Positions 20,601-29,522 of a DNA stretch of 40,991 nt are shown in pieces (position 1 is the first letter of the stretch; every line of letters begins with the position of its first letter). The stretch is from the sequence record DRR723986_14697, one strand, 5' to 3'. The position numbers and the translations under genes were made by a program. The notes below the pieces were generated by a model. That model had not been told where the DNA came from and did no database searches. It worked only from the letters and a program-made list of their open reading frames with translations.

Positions 20601-20804
20601 TCCTCCTGTACTTGGTACAGAGATTTGATACTTACCGTCAATGTCGGTAATTGTTCCGTTTTGAGTTCCTTTCACGAGGACACTTACTCCCGGTAAAGTG
20701 GTTCCATCCGTCGAAGACGTCACCGTACCTTCAATGGTACGGGTCTGGGCCCAGGCAATACCTGTAAGGACCATCAAGAAAGAAAATAGTAAAATTTTCT
20801 TCAT
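17631..20804 (-). CDS. SusC/RagA family TonB-dependent transporter
   Basis: LPGVSVLVKGT…TDIDGKY, LNEVVVTA, IRG, PLYVVDGVP, VLKGANASALYGSRARDGVILITMK, DASYVKLRE, C-terminal F. Confidence 0.97.
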   Translation of the reverse strand: MKKILLFSFLMVLTGIAWAQTRTIEGTVTSSTDGTTLPGVSVLVKGTQNGTITDIDGKYQISVPSTGGVLVFSFVGMTSTEIAIGNQSTIDAQLSDDVTQLNEVVVTALNVEREKKTLGYATQEVTSENLRVARETNLNEALAGKVSGVQVISGSGAKFGEAAVRIRGVRGFGSNSPLYVVDGVPIADPATINMDNVQSINVLKGANASALYGSRARDGVILITMKKAKSGRMNIDFNNTTTFENVSVMPKYQNEYGGGYSQEFQTFTFNPATDDPALAGLDGALIPEFYADESWGPKMDGRQVAQWDAFTPGTDTYGQTRPWSPNPDNVKNFFNTGVALNNSLSVSKAGDGYNITATLSNVNRTGVLPNTKQEKTFLNLNATVDLAKNLTLTTLANYNRTNVFGNLTEGYQGGSIGQNFNQWFQRQLDMDLLKKYYRMPDGRYTSWNINSARNSRPLYWNSPYTEQYANFSESTKDTYSGKFGLTYELIDGLSVSANLSRYFTSYFSDGRTASGTLDLDSYGQSKYQQKEDNYEFLAQYNKVTENFSVSALIGGNIRMEEYSTNSMSTAGGLSVPNLYNISASVDRPNTSNYFSQRQVNSIFAQASFGWKEIVFVDGSIRRDYDSVLPTTSNAFTYPAISASFIFSELLPTTNILSFGKLRAGYAEVGGELSPYQLDPAFSLGTPYNGNPTMTYPNSLIDPNLRASTTGAIEGGIELAFLQGRIRTDFSYYYYDNTNEILSTEVPSTTGISSYTINAGKTFTRGWDATIGGTPVQTANFNWDVNFNIARSRNVIEEIYPGIDAIQLVNGFLGNRVGGGWGSISARAKVGEDWGTIIGEKFQRDEAGNILIDEDGYPMTEQNQVLGTVLPDYTGGIFNRVTYKGFELSFTIDWQMGGKINSITNMFNAYSGLGEMTVGNNDRGTPMRDPVADGGGLRFDGVFADGTENNIYLEASEYFKSQFALHEAWVYDASYVKLREIRLGYSLPQSLLQRTNFVRTASFAVVANNPWLIKTNVPGLDPSQVSGDTRNSRNNGAWVDSGQLPATRSIGFDIRLGF

Positions 20805-20840
20805 AAAGGTTTTGTTTTATTTGGTGTGATTGATATTAAA

Positions 20841-20860
20841 ATGAAACGTTAATGTTTCAT
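20841..20860. promoter_or_regulatory. Palindromic operator candidate in the susC leader
   Basis: ATGAAACGTTAATGTTTCAT, 18 of 20 positions symmetric, just downstream of the predicted promoter. Confidence 0.45.
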
Positions 20861-20872
20861 AATCGTACATGA

Positions 20873-20903
20873 CAAATATATGTAAATTCATAAAGCGGAC
20901 AAA
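20873..20903 (-). promoter_or_regulatory. Bacteroidota primary-sigma promoter for susC-susD
   Basis: Minus strand TTTG (20903-20900), 19-nt spacer, TATATTTG (20880-20873); matches the -33/-7 consensus TTTG-N19-21-TAnnTTTG. Confidence 0.7.
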
Positions 20904-21223
20904 TTTCAACTGATTTCAGAAACACATGCATTTTGAGAAATGCCTTTTCTTCATTTACAAAACAAAGGATTACAACCCTCGGACAATTTTTTACACCAAT
21001 AAAATCGAATTTTTCAGTAATTTTTGAAGCTTATATCAAAAAATTCAGATTTTTCATCTTTCTCAAAATTTCCGCAATTTTTAATAAAAAAAATTATTTT
21101 TTCTCCCATGCCAAAAATAAAAACCCAGCATCCTTATTTAACATTTAAATAACATTCATTAAATAATATATAATATTCATCATATTTTATTATTTTAAGA
21201 GTATTCGAATATACGCCCGTACT

Positions 21224-21640
21224 ATGAAATCTATCTCAAAATCCTGCTCACTACTTATGGATGAATTTAGTGCTGAACTAGTTGACCTAACAGACTACGG
21301 AAAAAGAGCAACAAATGGAAAACTTACCGAATCCCAGTCAAGAGATCTCTTAAGTCATTTTGAAGCGACACATGAGTTAGCTCTGAATGTGATTACTCAG
21401 TATTTCAAAGAAATAGGAAAAGGACCTTTTTCTGGATCAAGGGATTTAACAGTCGAAGCTTTTCACGCCGAATTAATTGATGATGGAAAAGCCTGGTTGG
21501 ATATAGTGATAGACAGGATACAATACAGCCCAGTGTATGAAATTGATACTCAAGCGAAGTTTTTAGATAATATTCAAAAACGATACATCAGACTATTACA
21601 GCGATTTGAAGATACAATGGGTAAAAAGCTTAATGAATAG
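21224..21640 (+). CDS. HI0074-family nucleotidyltransferase substrate-binding (HEPN) protein, active site degenerate
   Basis: FEATHELA, GSRDLTVEAF and LIDDGKAW match family motifs (FEFTHELAW, GSRDATREAF, LIEDGEVW); the RNxTSHTY motif reads RIQYSPVY. Confidence 0.8.
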   Translation: MKSISKSCSLLMDEFSAELVDLTDYGKRATNGKLTESQSRDLLSHFEATHELALNVITQYFKEIGKGPFSGSRDLTVEAFHAELIDDGKAWLDIVIDRIQYSPVYEIDTQAKFLDNIQKRYIRLLQRFEDTMGKKLNE

Positions 21641-21671
21641 GAAGCCTTATTTCACCTCCACAAATCCACTC

Positions 21672-23096
21672 TTAATAAGACCGCATCTTGAATTTCTTCT
21701 TCAGCTCCAGTACTGTATTTCGGAATGAGCTGTCTGTTTCCATAATATCATTTACAGTCTGCACGGCATGTATCACGGTAGAATGATCTCTTCCTCCAAA
21801 GTGATAGCCAATTGATTTCAAGGAATGATTGGTGAATTCCTTGCAAAAATACATCGCTACTTGGCGAGCAGTTACTATTTCTTTTTTTCTGGTTTTAGCC
21901 TTCAAATCATCTACAGCTATGCCATAATATTCAGAAACCGTCTTCTGGATAAAATCTACACCAACTTCAGTTTCTATATCCTTGATGATGTTTTTCATCA
22001 CCGTTTTACCTAACTCTAGACTGATTTCAACACGGTTCAGTGAAGCATGCGCAATCAATGAAATAAGAATTCCTTCTAGCTCCCGTACGTTGGTATCCAC
22101 GGTGTATGCAAGATATTCTACCACATCATCAGGAATAATTATTCCTTCAGACTGCATTTTTCTTCTAATAATTGCAACTCTGGTTTCAAAATCAGGCATT
22201 TGCAAATCTGCAGTCAAACCCCACTTGAATCTGGAAAGTAAGCGCTCCTCTAATCCTTTCAAATCTCTAGGAGGGCAATCTGAAGTCATGATAATTTGCT
22301 TCTTGCTTTGATGCAAGTGATTGAAAATATGGAAGAACATCTCCTGTGTCCTATCCTTGCCAGCCAGAAACTGAATATCATCTATAATCAACACATCCAC
22401 CTGCATGTAGAAATTGGTAAAACTTTTCACATTTCCATCCTTGATGGAGTCCATGAATTGATTTACAAATTTCTCAGAGGAAACGTACAGCACGAATTTA
22501 TTTTCCGGACCATTTTTGATTTCATTTCCAATTGCCTGTACTAGGTGAGTTTTTCCCAATCCTACACCCCCGTACACCATCAGAGGATTAAAGGAAGTAA
22601 TCCCTGGCTTTGTAGCCACAGCAAAACCAGCAGATCTAGCTAGCCTATTACAATCTCCTTCTATATAAGTGGTAAAAGTATAAGTCGGATTTAGATTACT
22701 ATTCGTCAGTGCCTCAGCATTGAGTGACTTCATCTCAAATGGAGTCTTGTCAGGCTCCACTGGGGCTTGAGGCTTTTTATTAGTATTTCCTGAATTCCCT
22801 TGGGGAAATGAAACCACATATGGCTGGTTCGAGGAATTGCCTCTATCTACTACAACCGCATATTCTAATCTACCACTTTGGCCTAAGGTAGTTTTAATAG
22901 CGATTTTCAACTCTTGAACGTAATTATCCTCGAGCCATTCGTAGAAAAATTGACTCGGAACCTGAATGGTCAACGAAGTGCCTTCAAGTTTAACGGGATT
23001 AATAGGTTTAAACCAAGTTGAAAAGCTCTGCTCATTGACGTGTTGTTCGATAACACGTAAACATTCATTCCAAACGGCGCTAGCTTCTGAACTCAT
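21672..23096 (-). CDS. dnaA: Chromosomal replication initiator DnaA
   Basis: FSTWFKP, FNPLMVYGGVGLGKTHL, IDDIQF, RLLSRFKWGL, NVRELEG, ARQVAMY, GGRDHSTVIHA. Confidence 0.99.
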   Translation of the reverse strand: MSSEASAVWNECLRVIEQHVNEQSFSTWFKPINPVKLEGTSLTIQVPSQFFYEWLEDNYVQELKIAIKTTLGQSGRLEYAVVVDRGNSSNQPYVVSFPQGNSGNTNKKPQAPVEPDKTPFEMKSLNAEALTNSNLNPTYTFTTYIEGDCNRLARSAGFAVATKPGITSFNPLMVYGGVGLGKTHLVQAIGNEIKNGPENKFVLYVSSEKFVNQFMDSIKDGNVKSFTNFYMQVDVLIIDDIQFLAGKDRTQEMFFHIFNHLHQSKKQIIMTSDCPPRDLKGLEERLLSRFKWGLTADLQMPDFETRVAIIRRKMQSEGIIIPDDVVEYLAYTVDTNVRELEGILISLIAHASLNRVEISLELGKTVMKNIIKDIETEVGVDFIQKTVSEYYGIAVDDLKAKTRKKEIVTARQVAMYFCKEFTNHSLKSIGYHFGGRDHSTVIHAVQTVNDIMETDSSFRNTVLELKKKFKMRSY

Positions 23097-23202
23097 TAGA
23101 GAAGATTTCTGAAAAACAATGATCTTGCGGTAGGTGCAAGGGTGTCAAATTTGAGCAAAATTAACTTAAATAAAAAATGGATTTCTTCTTGAAATATTGA
23201 GT

Positions 23203-23354
23203 TTTTGCACAACAGTAGTTTTTGAGCCAAAGAAAATTTTGTGAAAAAATCCTTTACAAATTCCGGCAATAACATTCTGGTAGGTAGAGGGCTTTTTTAA
23301 CCACAATAGACTGAGTATTCTAATATTCAAGGCGTTGTTAAGAAGTGTGAAACA
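23203..23354. promoter_or_regulatory. Cluster of DnaA-box-like 9-mers upstream of dnaA
   Basis: TTTTGCACA (23203-23211) and TGTGAAAAA (23240-23248) match TTWTNCACA. TTAACCACA (23297-23305) and TGTGAAACA (23346-23354) have one mismatch each. Confidence 0.5.
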
Positions 23355-23385
23355 ATTAAGAAAAATTTAACGATTCATTTAGAAT

Positions 23386-23415
23386 CTTGATTTCCCCTTC
23401 ATTTTCCTAATTTTG
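23386..23415 (+). promoter_or_regulatory. Candidate primary-sigma promoter for the mutase operon
   Basis: CTTG, 18-nt spacer, TAATTTTG (23408-23415). Confidence 0.45.
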
Positions 23416-23503
23416 ATAAAGCTCTTTTTAGTCTGACTACCCAGATCAAAAATTGCTTTTTTATCAAGAGAAATTTGAATTATGACTAATTCTAAGCCCA
23501 ACT

Positions 23504-24910
23504 ATGACAGATAAACACTTTTACACATTTCCAGCATCCAACAAAAAAGCCTGGATTGACCAAGTGAAAAAGGACTTAAAAGGAAAGGGATTTGACGCCA
23601 CTCTAACTTCCACACTTTGGGACAAAATCAAAATACAGCCATTCTACACCGCAGAAGATTTAGGAGGGCCAAAAGATGCATATAAATTCCATCCTAGCTC
23701 AGAAATCCCAGGTATGTCTCCCAGAATCTGGAGTAATCTAGTTTCTGTTTTTCTGGAAAATGAAAAAGAGACAAATGAAGAAATCCTGCACGCACTTCAA
23801 AATGGTTCGGATGGATTAGTAGTCCATTTAAATGGAACTGAAAATTTAAACGAGCTGCTAAAAGCCGTTCATACTGAATTTATCTCTACTAATTTTTTAC
23901 CTACAGGAGAAACAGTTCAATTCCTTCAACTGATTGAGGAATGGATTGAATCAATCAGTCTGAAGCCAGGAATGTTGCAAGGCGCGATCTTATGGAGCCC
24001 TTGTGACGAGCTATTCCGAAGCGGAGAAAATTTTGATTCAGCAATCAGCCAAGCAGCAAAAGCCATTATTGATTTCAAAGAGTTCCAAGAGTTCTACCCT
24101 CTGACTATTGATTTTGCTCGATATGCCAACACTGGAGCAACAGGGATTCAACAGCTTTGCTATGGACTTGGAGAAATTATTGAATTGATTGATAAGCTTT
24201 CGAAAAAAGCTATCTCCCCCACTCAGGTATTTGAAAACCTGACATTTCATACCGCTATTGGCGATTCCCATTTCGCAGAGATCGCCAAAGTCAAGGCTCT
24301 TCGAAAACTAATTGTGGAGCTTGCAGGTAACTATGGAGTAAAAATTCAGCTGGAAGACGTTCCTATCATCACTTCCACCAGTGAATGGAGTAAGTCACTT
24401 TTGGACAAAGACACAAACCTTATCCGCCAAACCTATGAGGCTATGGCTGGGATTTTAGGAGGTGGAAATTCACTTTGGGTGAAACCTGCCGAAGGGAAAA
24501 AAGCCAGTGTTTTAGAAAAAAGAATTGCGAGAAATGTATCATCCGTTCTAAAGGAGGAAAGCTACTTGGACATAGTCATGGACCCAGCAGCCGGTTCCTA
24601 TTATCTGGAAAATCTGCAGGAACAAATCGTAAACTCAGTGATAAAAGAACTGCAGGAACTGGAAGAAAATGGCGGTTGGCTAAAAACCTTCGAAGACCGT
24701 TCCTTGCATACCGCTATCCGAAATTCCAGGGAAACCGTACAAAAGAAAGTTTTATCAGATACTGATATAAAAGTGGGCACCAATAAATATTTAGCAACGG
24801 GCAAATTGGAAAACAACCTTGGCTTTTCACCGCTCGTCGAAAAAGACTTTGAATTATTACCAAGTAGAGCAACCTATTTCGTAGAACAAAGAAACCTGAG
24901 CAACGCATGA
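23504..24910 (+). CDS. mutA: Methylmalonyl-CoA mutase small (beta, non-catalytic) subunit
   Basis: W…VKKDLKG…[52 protein letters not shown] overlap with the large subunit; lacks the DxH B12 motif. Confidence 0.88.
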   Translation: MTDKHFYTFPASNKKAWIDQVKKDLKGKGFDATLTSTLWDKIKIQPFYTAEDLGGPKDAYKFHPSSEIPGMSPRIWSNLVSVFLENEKETNEEILHALQNGSDGLVVHLNGTENLNELLKAVHTEFISTNFLPTGETVQFLQLIEEWIESISLKPGMLQGAILWSPCDELFRSGENFDSAISQAAKAIIDFKEFQEFYPLTIDFARYANTGATGIQQLCYGLGEIIELIDKLSKKAISPTQVFENLTFHTAIGDSHFAEIAKVKALRKLIVELAGNYGVKIQLEDVPIITSTSEWSKSLLDKDTNLIRQTYEAMAGILGGGNSLWVKPAEGKKASVLEKRIARNVSSVLKEESYLDIVMDPAAGSYYLENLQEQIVNSVIKELQELEENGGWLKTFEDRSLHTAIRNSRETVQKKVLSDTDIKVGTNKYLATGKLENNLGFSPLVEKDFELLPSRATYFVEQRNLSNA

Positions 24911-27027
24911 GACCAGACCTGAAAAATTGGAGATCCGCAAAAACTCAAACTTCACCAAGCGAGGAAAACACGAACTGGGAAGCACCAGAGCAGATTTCAA
25001 TCCCTTCGATTTTCGACAGTGAGCAAATTGCTAAGCTTTCACATATAAATTTCTCAGCGGGAATTCCACCTTATTTACGCGGGCCTTACAGTACCATGTA
25101 TAGCATGCGTCCGTGGACTATTAGACAATATGCAGGGTTTTCTACAGCAGAAGAATCCAACGCCTTTTACAGAAAAAACCTGGCTGGAGGACAAAAAGGC
25201 CTTTCTGTAGCTTTTGACCTAGCCACGCATCGAGGCTATGATTCTGATCATCCACGGGTAGTAGGAGATGTAGGAAAGGCCGGGGTTGCGATAGATTCTG
25301 TCGAAGACATGAAACTACTTTTTGATCAAATTCCGCTCGATCAAATGTCAGTTTCCATGACTATGAATGGAGCAGTGATTCCAATCCTCGCTTTTTACAT
25401 AGTCGCTGCCGAAGAGCAAGGAGTGAAACCTAAGCAGCTAAGCGGAACGATACAGAATGATATTCTCAAAGAATTCATGGTGCGCAATACCTATATCTAT
25501 CCTCCGCAGCCATCCATGCAGATCATTGCAGACATTTTCAAGTTCACCTCAGAGCACATGCCGAAATTCAATTCTATTTCCATCTCCGGCTATCACATGC
25601 AGGAAGCAGGAGCTACTGCGGACATAGAATTGGCGTATACGCTTGCTGATGGATTGGAATATTTGAAAACTGGAGTAAAAGCCGGTTTAGACATCGATGA
25701 TTTCGCTCCCCGACTTTCCTTTTTCTGGGGAATTGGGATGAATTACTTTATGGAAATCGCCAAGATGCGAGCAGGGCGTTTACTTTGGGCTAAAATCGTA
25801 AAGCAGTTTAATCCAAAATTTGACAAATCTTTAGCGCTACGTACCCACTGCCAAACATCAGGCTGGTCACTTACCGAGCAAGACCCTTTCAATAATGTCA
25901 CCAGAACAGCAATTGAAGCACTTGCCGCTGTCATGGGTGGCACTCAGTCCCTTCACACGAACTCACTCGATGAAGCCATTGCTTTACCCACTGATTTTTC
26001 AGCAAGAATTGCCCGAAACACTCAATTGGTCCTACAGGAAGAAACTGGAATCACCAAAGTGGTCGACCCTTGGGGAGGCTCACATTATGTGGAGTTTTTG
26101 ACAGATCAGTTGGTGCAGCGCGCATGGAAATTGATCGAGGAAGTTGAAGAATTAGGAGGAATGGCTAAAGCAATAGAAGCCGGTCTTCCAAAATTGAGAA
26201 TAGAAGAAGCAGCTGCTAAAAAGCAGGCGAGAATCGATAGCGGAAGGGATGTAATCATCGGCGTGAATCGCTACGTGGTGGATGAGGAATCTGAAATTGA
26301 AGTTCGTGACGTGGATAATCAGGCTGTGAGGGAATCCCAGTTAGCCCGGCTGAAAACAGTGAAGGCATCTAGAAATCAAAGTGAAGTAGAAGCAAGTCTG
26401 GAAAAACTGACTCAGGCTGCGAAATCAGGCGAAGAAAATCTACTAGAATTGGCGATCGATGCTGCTAGAAAAAGAGCTACTTTGGGAGAAATCTCAGATG
26501 CGATGGAAGTGGCTTTTGGCCGCCATCAAGCCCAAACCAAATCAATAACCGGAGTTTATGCAGCAGAAGTGAAAAATCAAGATTCATTCAAAAAAGCGAT
26601 CGCTTTATCAGACGAATTTGCAGCACTGGAAGGTCGCCGTCCTAGAATTATGGTGGCCAAAATGGGTCAAGACGGACATGATCGGGGTGCCAAAATTATT
26701 GCAACTGGTTTTGCAGATATGGGATTTGATGTGGACATCGGTCCACTTTTCCAGACACCGGAAGAAGTAGCTCAGCAGGCAATTGAAAATGATGTGCATA
26801 TTGTCGGAGCTTCCTCTTTGGCAGCGGGCCATAAAACTTTGGTTCCTCAGTTGATCGATGAGTTGAAAAAACTGGGAAGACCGGATATTATGGTTGTAGC
26901 TGGGGGTGTGATTCCTGCAAAGGACTATCCGTTTTTAAAGGAGGCAGGAGTATTTGCTGTTTTCGGGCCTGGAACTGTTCTTTCTGAGGCAGCCACTAAA
27001 ATCTTGGAGAGATTGATTGAGGAGTGA
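24907..27027 (+). CDS. scpA: Methylmalonyl-CoA mutase large (catalytic) subunit
   Basis: [48 protein letters not shown]12-binding [10 protein letters not shown]. Confidence 0.98.
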   Translation: MRPDLKNWRSAKTQTSPSEENTNWEAPEQISIPSIFDSEQIAKLSHINFSAGIPPYLRGPYSTMYSMRPWTIRQYAGFSTAEESNAFYRKNLAGGQKGLSVAFDLATHRGYDSDHPRVVGDVGKAGVAIDSVEDMKLLFDQIPLDQMSVSMTMNGAVIPILAFYIVAAEEQGVKPKQLSGTIQNDILKEFMVRNTYIYPPQPSMQIIADIFKFTSEHMPKFNSISISGYHMQEAGATADIELAYTLADGLEYLKTGVKAGLDIDDFAPRLSFFWGIGMNYFMEIAKMRAGRLLWAKIVKQFNPKFDKSLALRTHCQTSGWSLTEQDPFNNVTRTAIEALAAVMGGTQSLHTNSLDEAIALPTDFSARIARNTQLVLQEETGITKVVDPWGGSHYVEFLTDQLVQRAWKLIEEVEELGGMAKAIEAGLPKLRIEEAAAKKQARIDSGRDVIIGVNRYVVDEESEIEVRDVDNQAVRESQLARLKTVKASRNQSEVEASLEKLTQAAKSGEENLLELAIDAARKRATLGEISDAMEVAFGRHQAQTKSITGVYAAEVKNQDSFKKAIALSDEFAALEGRRPRIMVAKMGQDGHDRGAKIIATGFADMGFDVDIGPLFQTPEEVAQQAIENDVHIVGASSLAAGHKTLVPQLIDELKKLGRPDIMVVAGGVIPAKDYPFLKEAGVFAVFGPGTVLSEAATKILERLIEE

Positions 27028-27038
27028 AATCAACGATT

Positions 27039-27500
27039 CTATTTTGAAAACAAACGCATATCAAACTCAAAGGGATCTATTGAAGTGATTTCAACTTCTC
27101 TAAATCTTCTATGAGCAGGATTTATCAAAAAATTAAAGTCCCCCTGTACAACTACAGAAGGGACTTTAAAAACCAAGAAGTTATTTTCGGATAAAAATCC
27201 GTCTCCAATTTCCTGTGTAGTATGAGAATGTGGTATTGATTTCCAATCAGGAGGTAAATCCGAATTTTCAATAACCTTTATCTCAACTCCATCTGGTATG
27301 GTGATCTCTACTATTTCGTAGTCTGTAGGAATGTTCCCTAGTGGCGTATGGACCGCAATTTCAGCGGTACAAAGAGCTCGAGATTGGCTGGTATAAACCA
27401 CGGCTTTTCCTTTGCTATTCCATCTCCCGCCCGCCAATTCAGCTCCTTTTCCTGATAAATCACTTGAGAACTTACTTTTGCTCAACCGAAAAACTATCAT
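27039..27500 (-). CDS. RES-domain toxin (NAD+ phosphorylase family)
   Basis: VFRL, SGKGA…GGRWN, VYTS, AE, VPS, NFLINPAH; ATGA overlap with the upstream antitoxin. Confidence 0.93.
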   Translation of the reverse strand: MIVFRLSKSKFSSDLSGKGAELAGGRWNSKGKAVVYTSQSRALCTAEIAVHTPLGNIPTDYEIVEITIPDGVEIKVIENSDLPPDWKSIPHSHTTQEIGDGFLSENNFLVFKVPSVVVQGDFNFLINPAHRRFREVEITSIDPFEFDMRLFSK

Positions 27501-27925
27501 GCCAAGACACCATATTCAATTCTAGTCAGCTCATCTCTCAAGAGATTAATACCAAAGCTACTATCCAAAAAGGATTTTGGCATCAAGTCCCCCAATGCCA
27601 AACAAGGTGTCTCAAGCCAAGTCTGAAACTTTGACTTACTTCCGAATACTTCTACTCCCCTTTTTTGAAGCAGAGCAATTTCAATTATCTTTTCTGACTG
27701 CAAGGAATCAAATGACTTCTGTTCTTTTTGATAACGCTGCAACGTACGCTCTGATATATGCAGGTACTCTGCCCATTCTTCAGTTGAAAATGCACTTTTG
27801 GAGGCGAATTTATCAAAGTCTTCAAAAGCAATACCCTGCCTTACCAGCATTATCACCTCATTTATAAACTTATCATCTGTAGTATTATAAGCTACTTCTG
27901 GATCGAAAATAGTAAATTGAGTCAT
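27497..27925 (-). CDS. Xre/MbcA/ParS antitoxin (HTH + DUF2384)
   Basis: HTH ISERTLQRY; C-terminal VFG…WLETPCLALG…P…LDSSFG…ELTRIEYG. Confidence 0.93.
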   Translation of the reverse strand: MTQFTIFDPEVAYNTTDDKFINEVIMLVRQGIAFEDFDKFASKSAFSTEEWAEYLHISERTLQRYQKEQKSFDSLQSEKIIEIALLQKRGVEVFGSKSKFQTWLETPCLALGDLMPKSFLDSSFGINLLRDELTRIEYGVLA

Positions 27926-27944
27926 GGCCGATAAGCTATATTAA

Positions 27945-27977
27945 GTACAACTGTCATAAATTTAACGACATTTGTCG
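27945..27977. promoter_or_regulatory. Candidate autoregulatory operators of the Xre-RES operon
   Basis: Perfect inverted repeat CGACA-TT-TGTCG (27966-27977) and a related GTACA-AC-TGTCA (27945-27956), 21 bp apart. Confidence 0.55.
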
Positions 27978-28020
27978 GAAGTTGTTTAAATTCATCAGTT
28001 TTTTTCAAAACTATTTCAAT

Positions 28021-29370
28021 ATGCCCTTTAGGTATTATACAGCTCTCTTTGTGTCAGTTTTATTTGCGTGTCATTCTCCTGAAAAGGAGGAAGATCCCAA
28101 GGAAATCCTTGCGGACCAAATGGAAGATCATCTCACAACCGAAGTCCTCGACAAATGGTATCCTCTGGCTATGGACACAGTTGATGGTGGATTTCTGAGC
28201 AATTTCTCTTACGACTTCAACCCAGAGGAAAAGCAGGAGAAAATGATCGTTACCCAGTCTCGCCACGTCTGGACCAATGCTAAAGCCTCAAAAAAGTATC
28301 CTGAAATTGAATATTATAAAACAGTAGCTAAACACGGATTTGAATTTCTAAGGGATAAAATGTGGGATTATGAAAATGGTGGGTTTCATTGGTTAGTGGA
28401 CAAACAAGGAAATCAGATCGGCAATCCTATGAAAACAGCTTATGGAAATGCTTTTGGGATCTTTGCACTTGCTGCCTATTATGATGCATCCGGAGATAAG
28501 TCTGTTTTGGATCTTGCAAAAGAGGCTTTCCTTTGGCTAGACAAACATGCACATGATTCTATAAATGGAGGATACTATCAGCATTTGGAGCCAGATGGCA
28601 CTCCTATTTCCAGACCAGAATCCACTCCTTCCACTTCAGACCTTGGCTATAAAGATCAAAATAGCGCCATCCATTTATTGGAAGCATTTACTGAACTGTA
28701 TCAAGTTTGGCCTGAACCATTGGTTAAAGATCGATTAGAGGAAATGTTGCTGCTCATCCGGGACCAAATTGTTACAGAGAAAGGCAACTTGACACTTTTT
28801 CTCTATCCCGATTGGAGCCCAGTAACCTTTGTAGACTCTACCGAAGAAGTGATATTGGCCCACCATAATCTTGATCATGTTTCCTTTGGTCACGATGTGG
28901 AAACAGGTTTTTTGATGATAGAGGCATCTGAGGTTTTAGGATGGGAAAATGACACAACCACGCATAGAATCGCCAAGAAAATGATTGATCATGCGCTGGA
29001 AAATGGTTGGGATAAAAGCGTAGGTGGTTTTTATGACGAAGGCTATTATTTCAAAGACGGCTATCGTGTGACTCATGATACCAAAAACTGGTGGGCCCAA
29101 GCCGAGGGGATGAATGCACTTTTATTGATGGCTGAGCTTTACCCAAATGACCCGCACGACTATTACGGGAAGTTTCTAAAACTCTGGGACTACACAAATG
29201 CTTATTTAATTGATCATGAAAATGGTGATTGGTATTCCGGAGGATTGGATAAGCAGCCCGAGTTAAAAACTGTAGGAAAAGGAAATATTTGGAAAGGGAT
29301 TTACCATCATTACAGATCATTAGATCACTCTACAGATCGATTGAGAGAAATGAGTGAACGATCCGAGTAG
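28021..29370 (+). CDS. AGE-superfamily epimerase, cellobiose 2-epimerase-like, predicted lipoprotein
   Basis: Likely start ATG 28021, lipobox LFAC. QSRHVW, YGNAFGIFALA, NSAIHLLEAFT, SFGHDVE, WWAQAE, WKGIYH. Confidence 0.88.
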   Translation: MPFRYYTALFVSVLFACHSPEKEEDPKEILADQMEDHLTTEVLDKWYPLAMDTVDGGFLSNFSYDFNPEEKQEKMIVTQSRHVWTNAKASKKYPEIEYYKTVAKHGFEFLRDKMWDYENGGFHWLVDKQGNQIGNPMKTAYGNAFGIFALAAYYDASGDKSVLDLAKEAFLWLDKHAHDSINGGYYQHLEPDGTPISRPESTPSTSDLGYKDQNSAIHLLEAFTELYQVWPEPLVKDRLEEMLLLIRDQIVTEKGNLTLFLYPDWSPVTFVDSTEEVILAHHNLDHVSFGHDVETGFLMIEASEVLGWENDTTTHRIAKKMIDHALENGWDKSVGGFYDEGYYFKDGYRVTHDTKNWWAQAEGMNALLLMAELYPNDPHDYYGKFLKLWDYTNAYLIDHENGDWYSGGLDKQPELKTVGKGNIWKGIYHHYRSLDHSTDRLREMSERSE

Positions 29371-29522
29371 ATAGAAAGAATTCAAAAGCCAATTAACTTT
29401 TCTAGATCATACCAAGTCGAGAACAATATTTGTAAATAAAAGGCTTTCCATTTGCTCAGGCTGGTATTTCCAACTTCCGTACAGTTTAGGAAATCAAACT
29501 TCTGTTACGCTAATAACCCAAA

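Noticed and set aside
20905..21223. Very AT-rich intergenic tract and the 71-aa ORF 20933..21148, as oriC/DUE or a small gene
   Set aside because: No TTWTNCACA boxes found here; the ORF has a TTG start and low-complexity F/K/N composition typical of spurious AT-rich ORFs
23416..23503. Cobalamin riboswitch upstream of the mutase genes
   Set aside because: Leader is short and AT-rich and lacks the GGGAA, GCCACTG and B12-box motifs
23504..24910. mutA as a pseudogene because it is short and lacks the B12-binding motif
   Set aside because: ORF is intact and translationally coupled to the large subunit; beta subunits are non-catalytic
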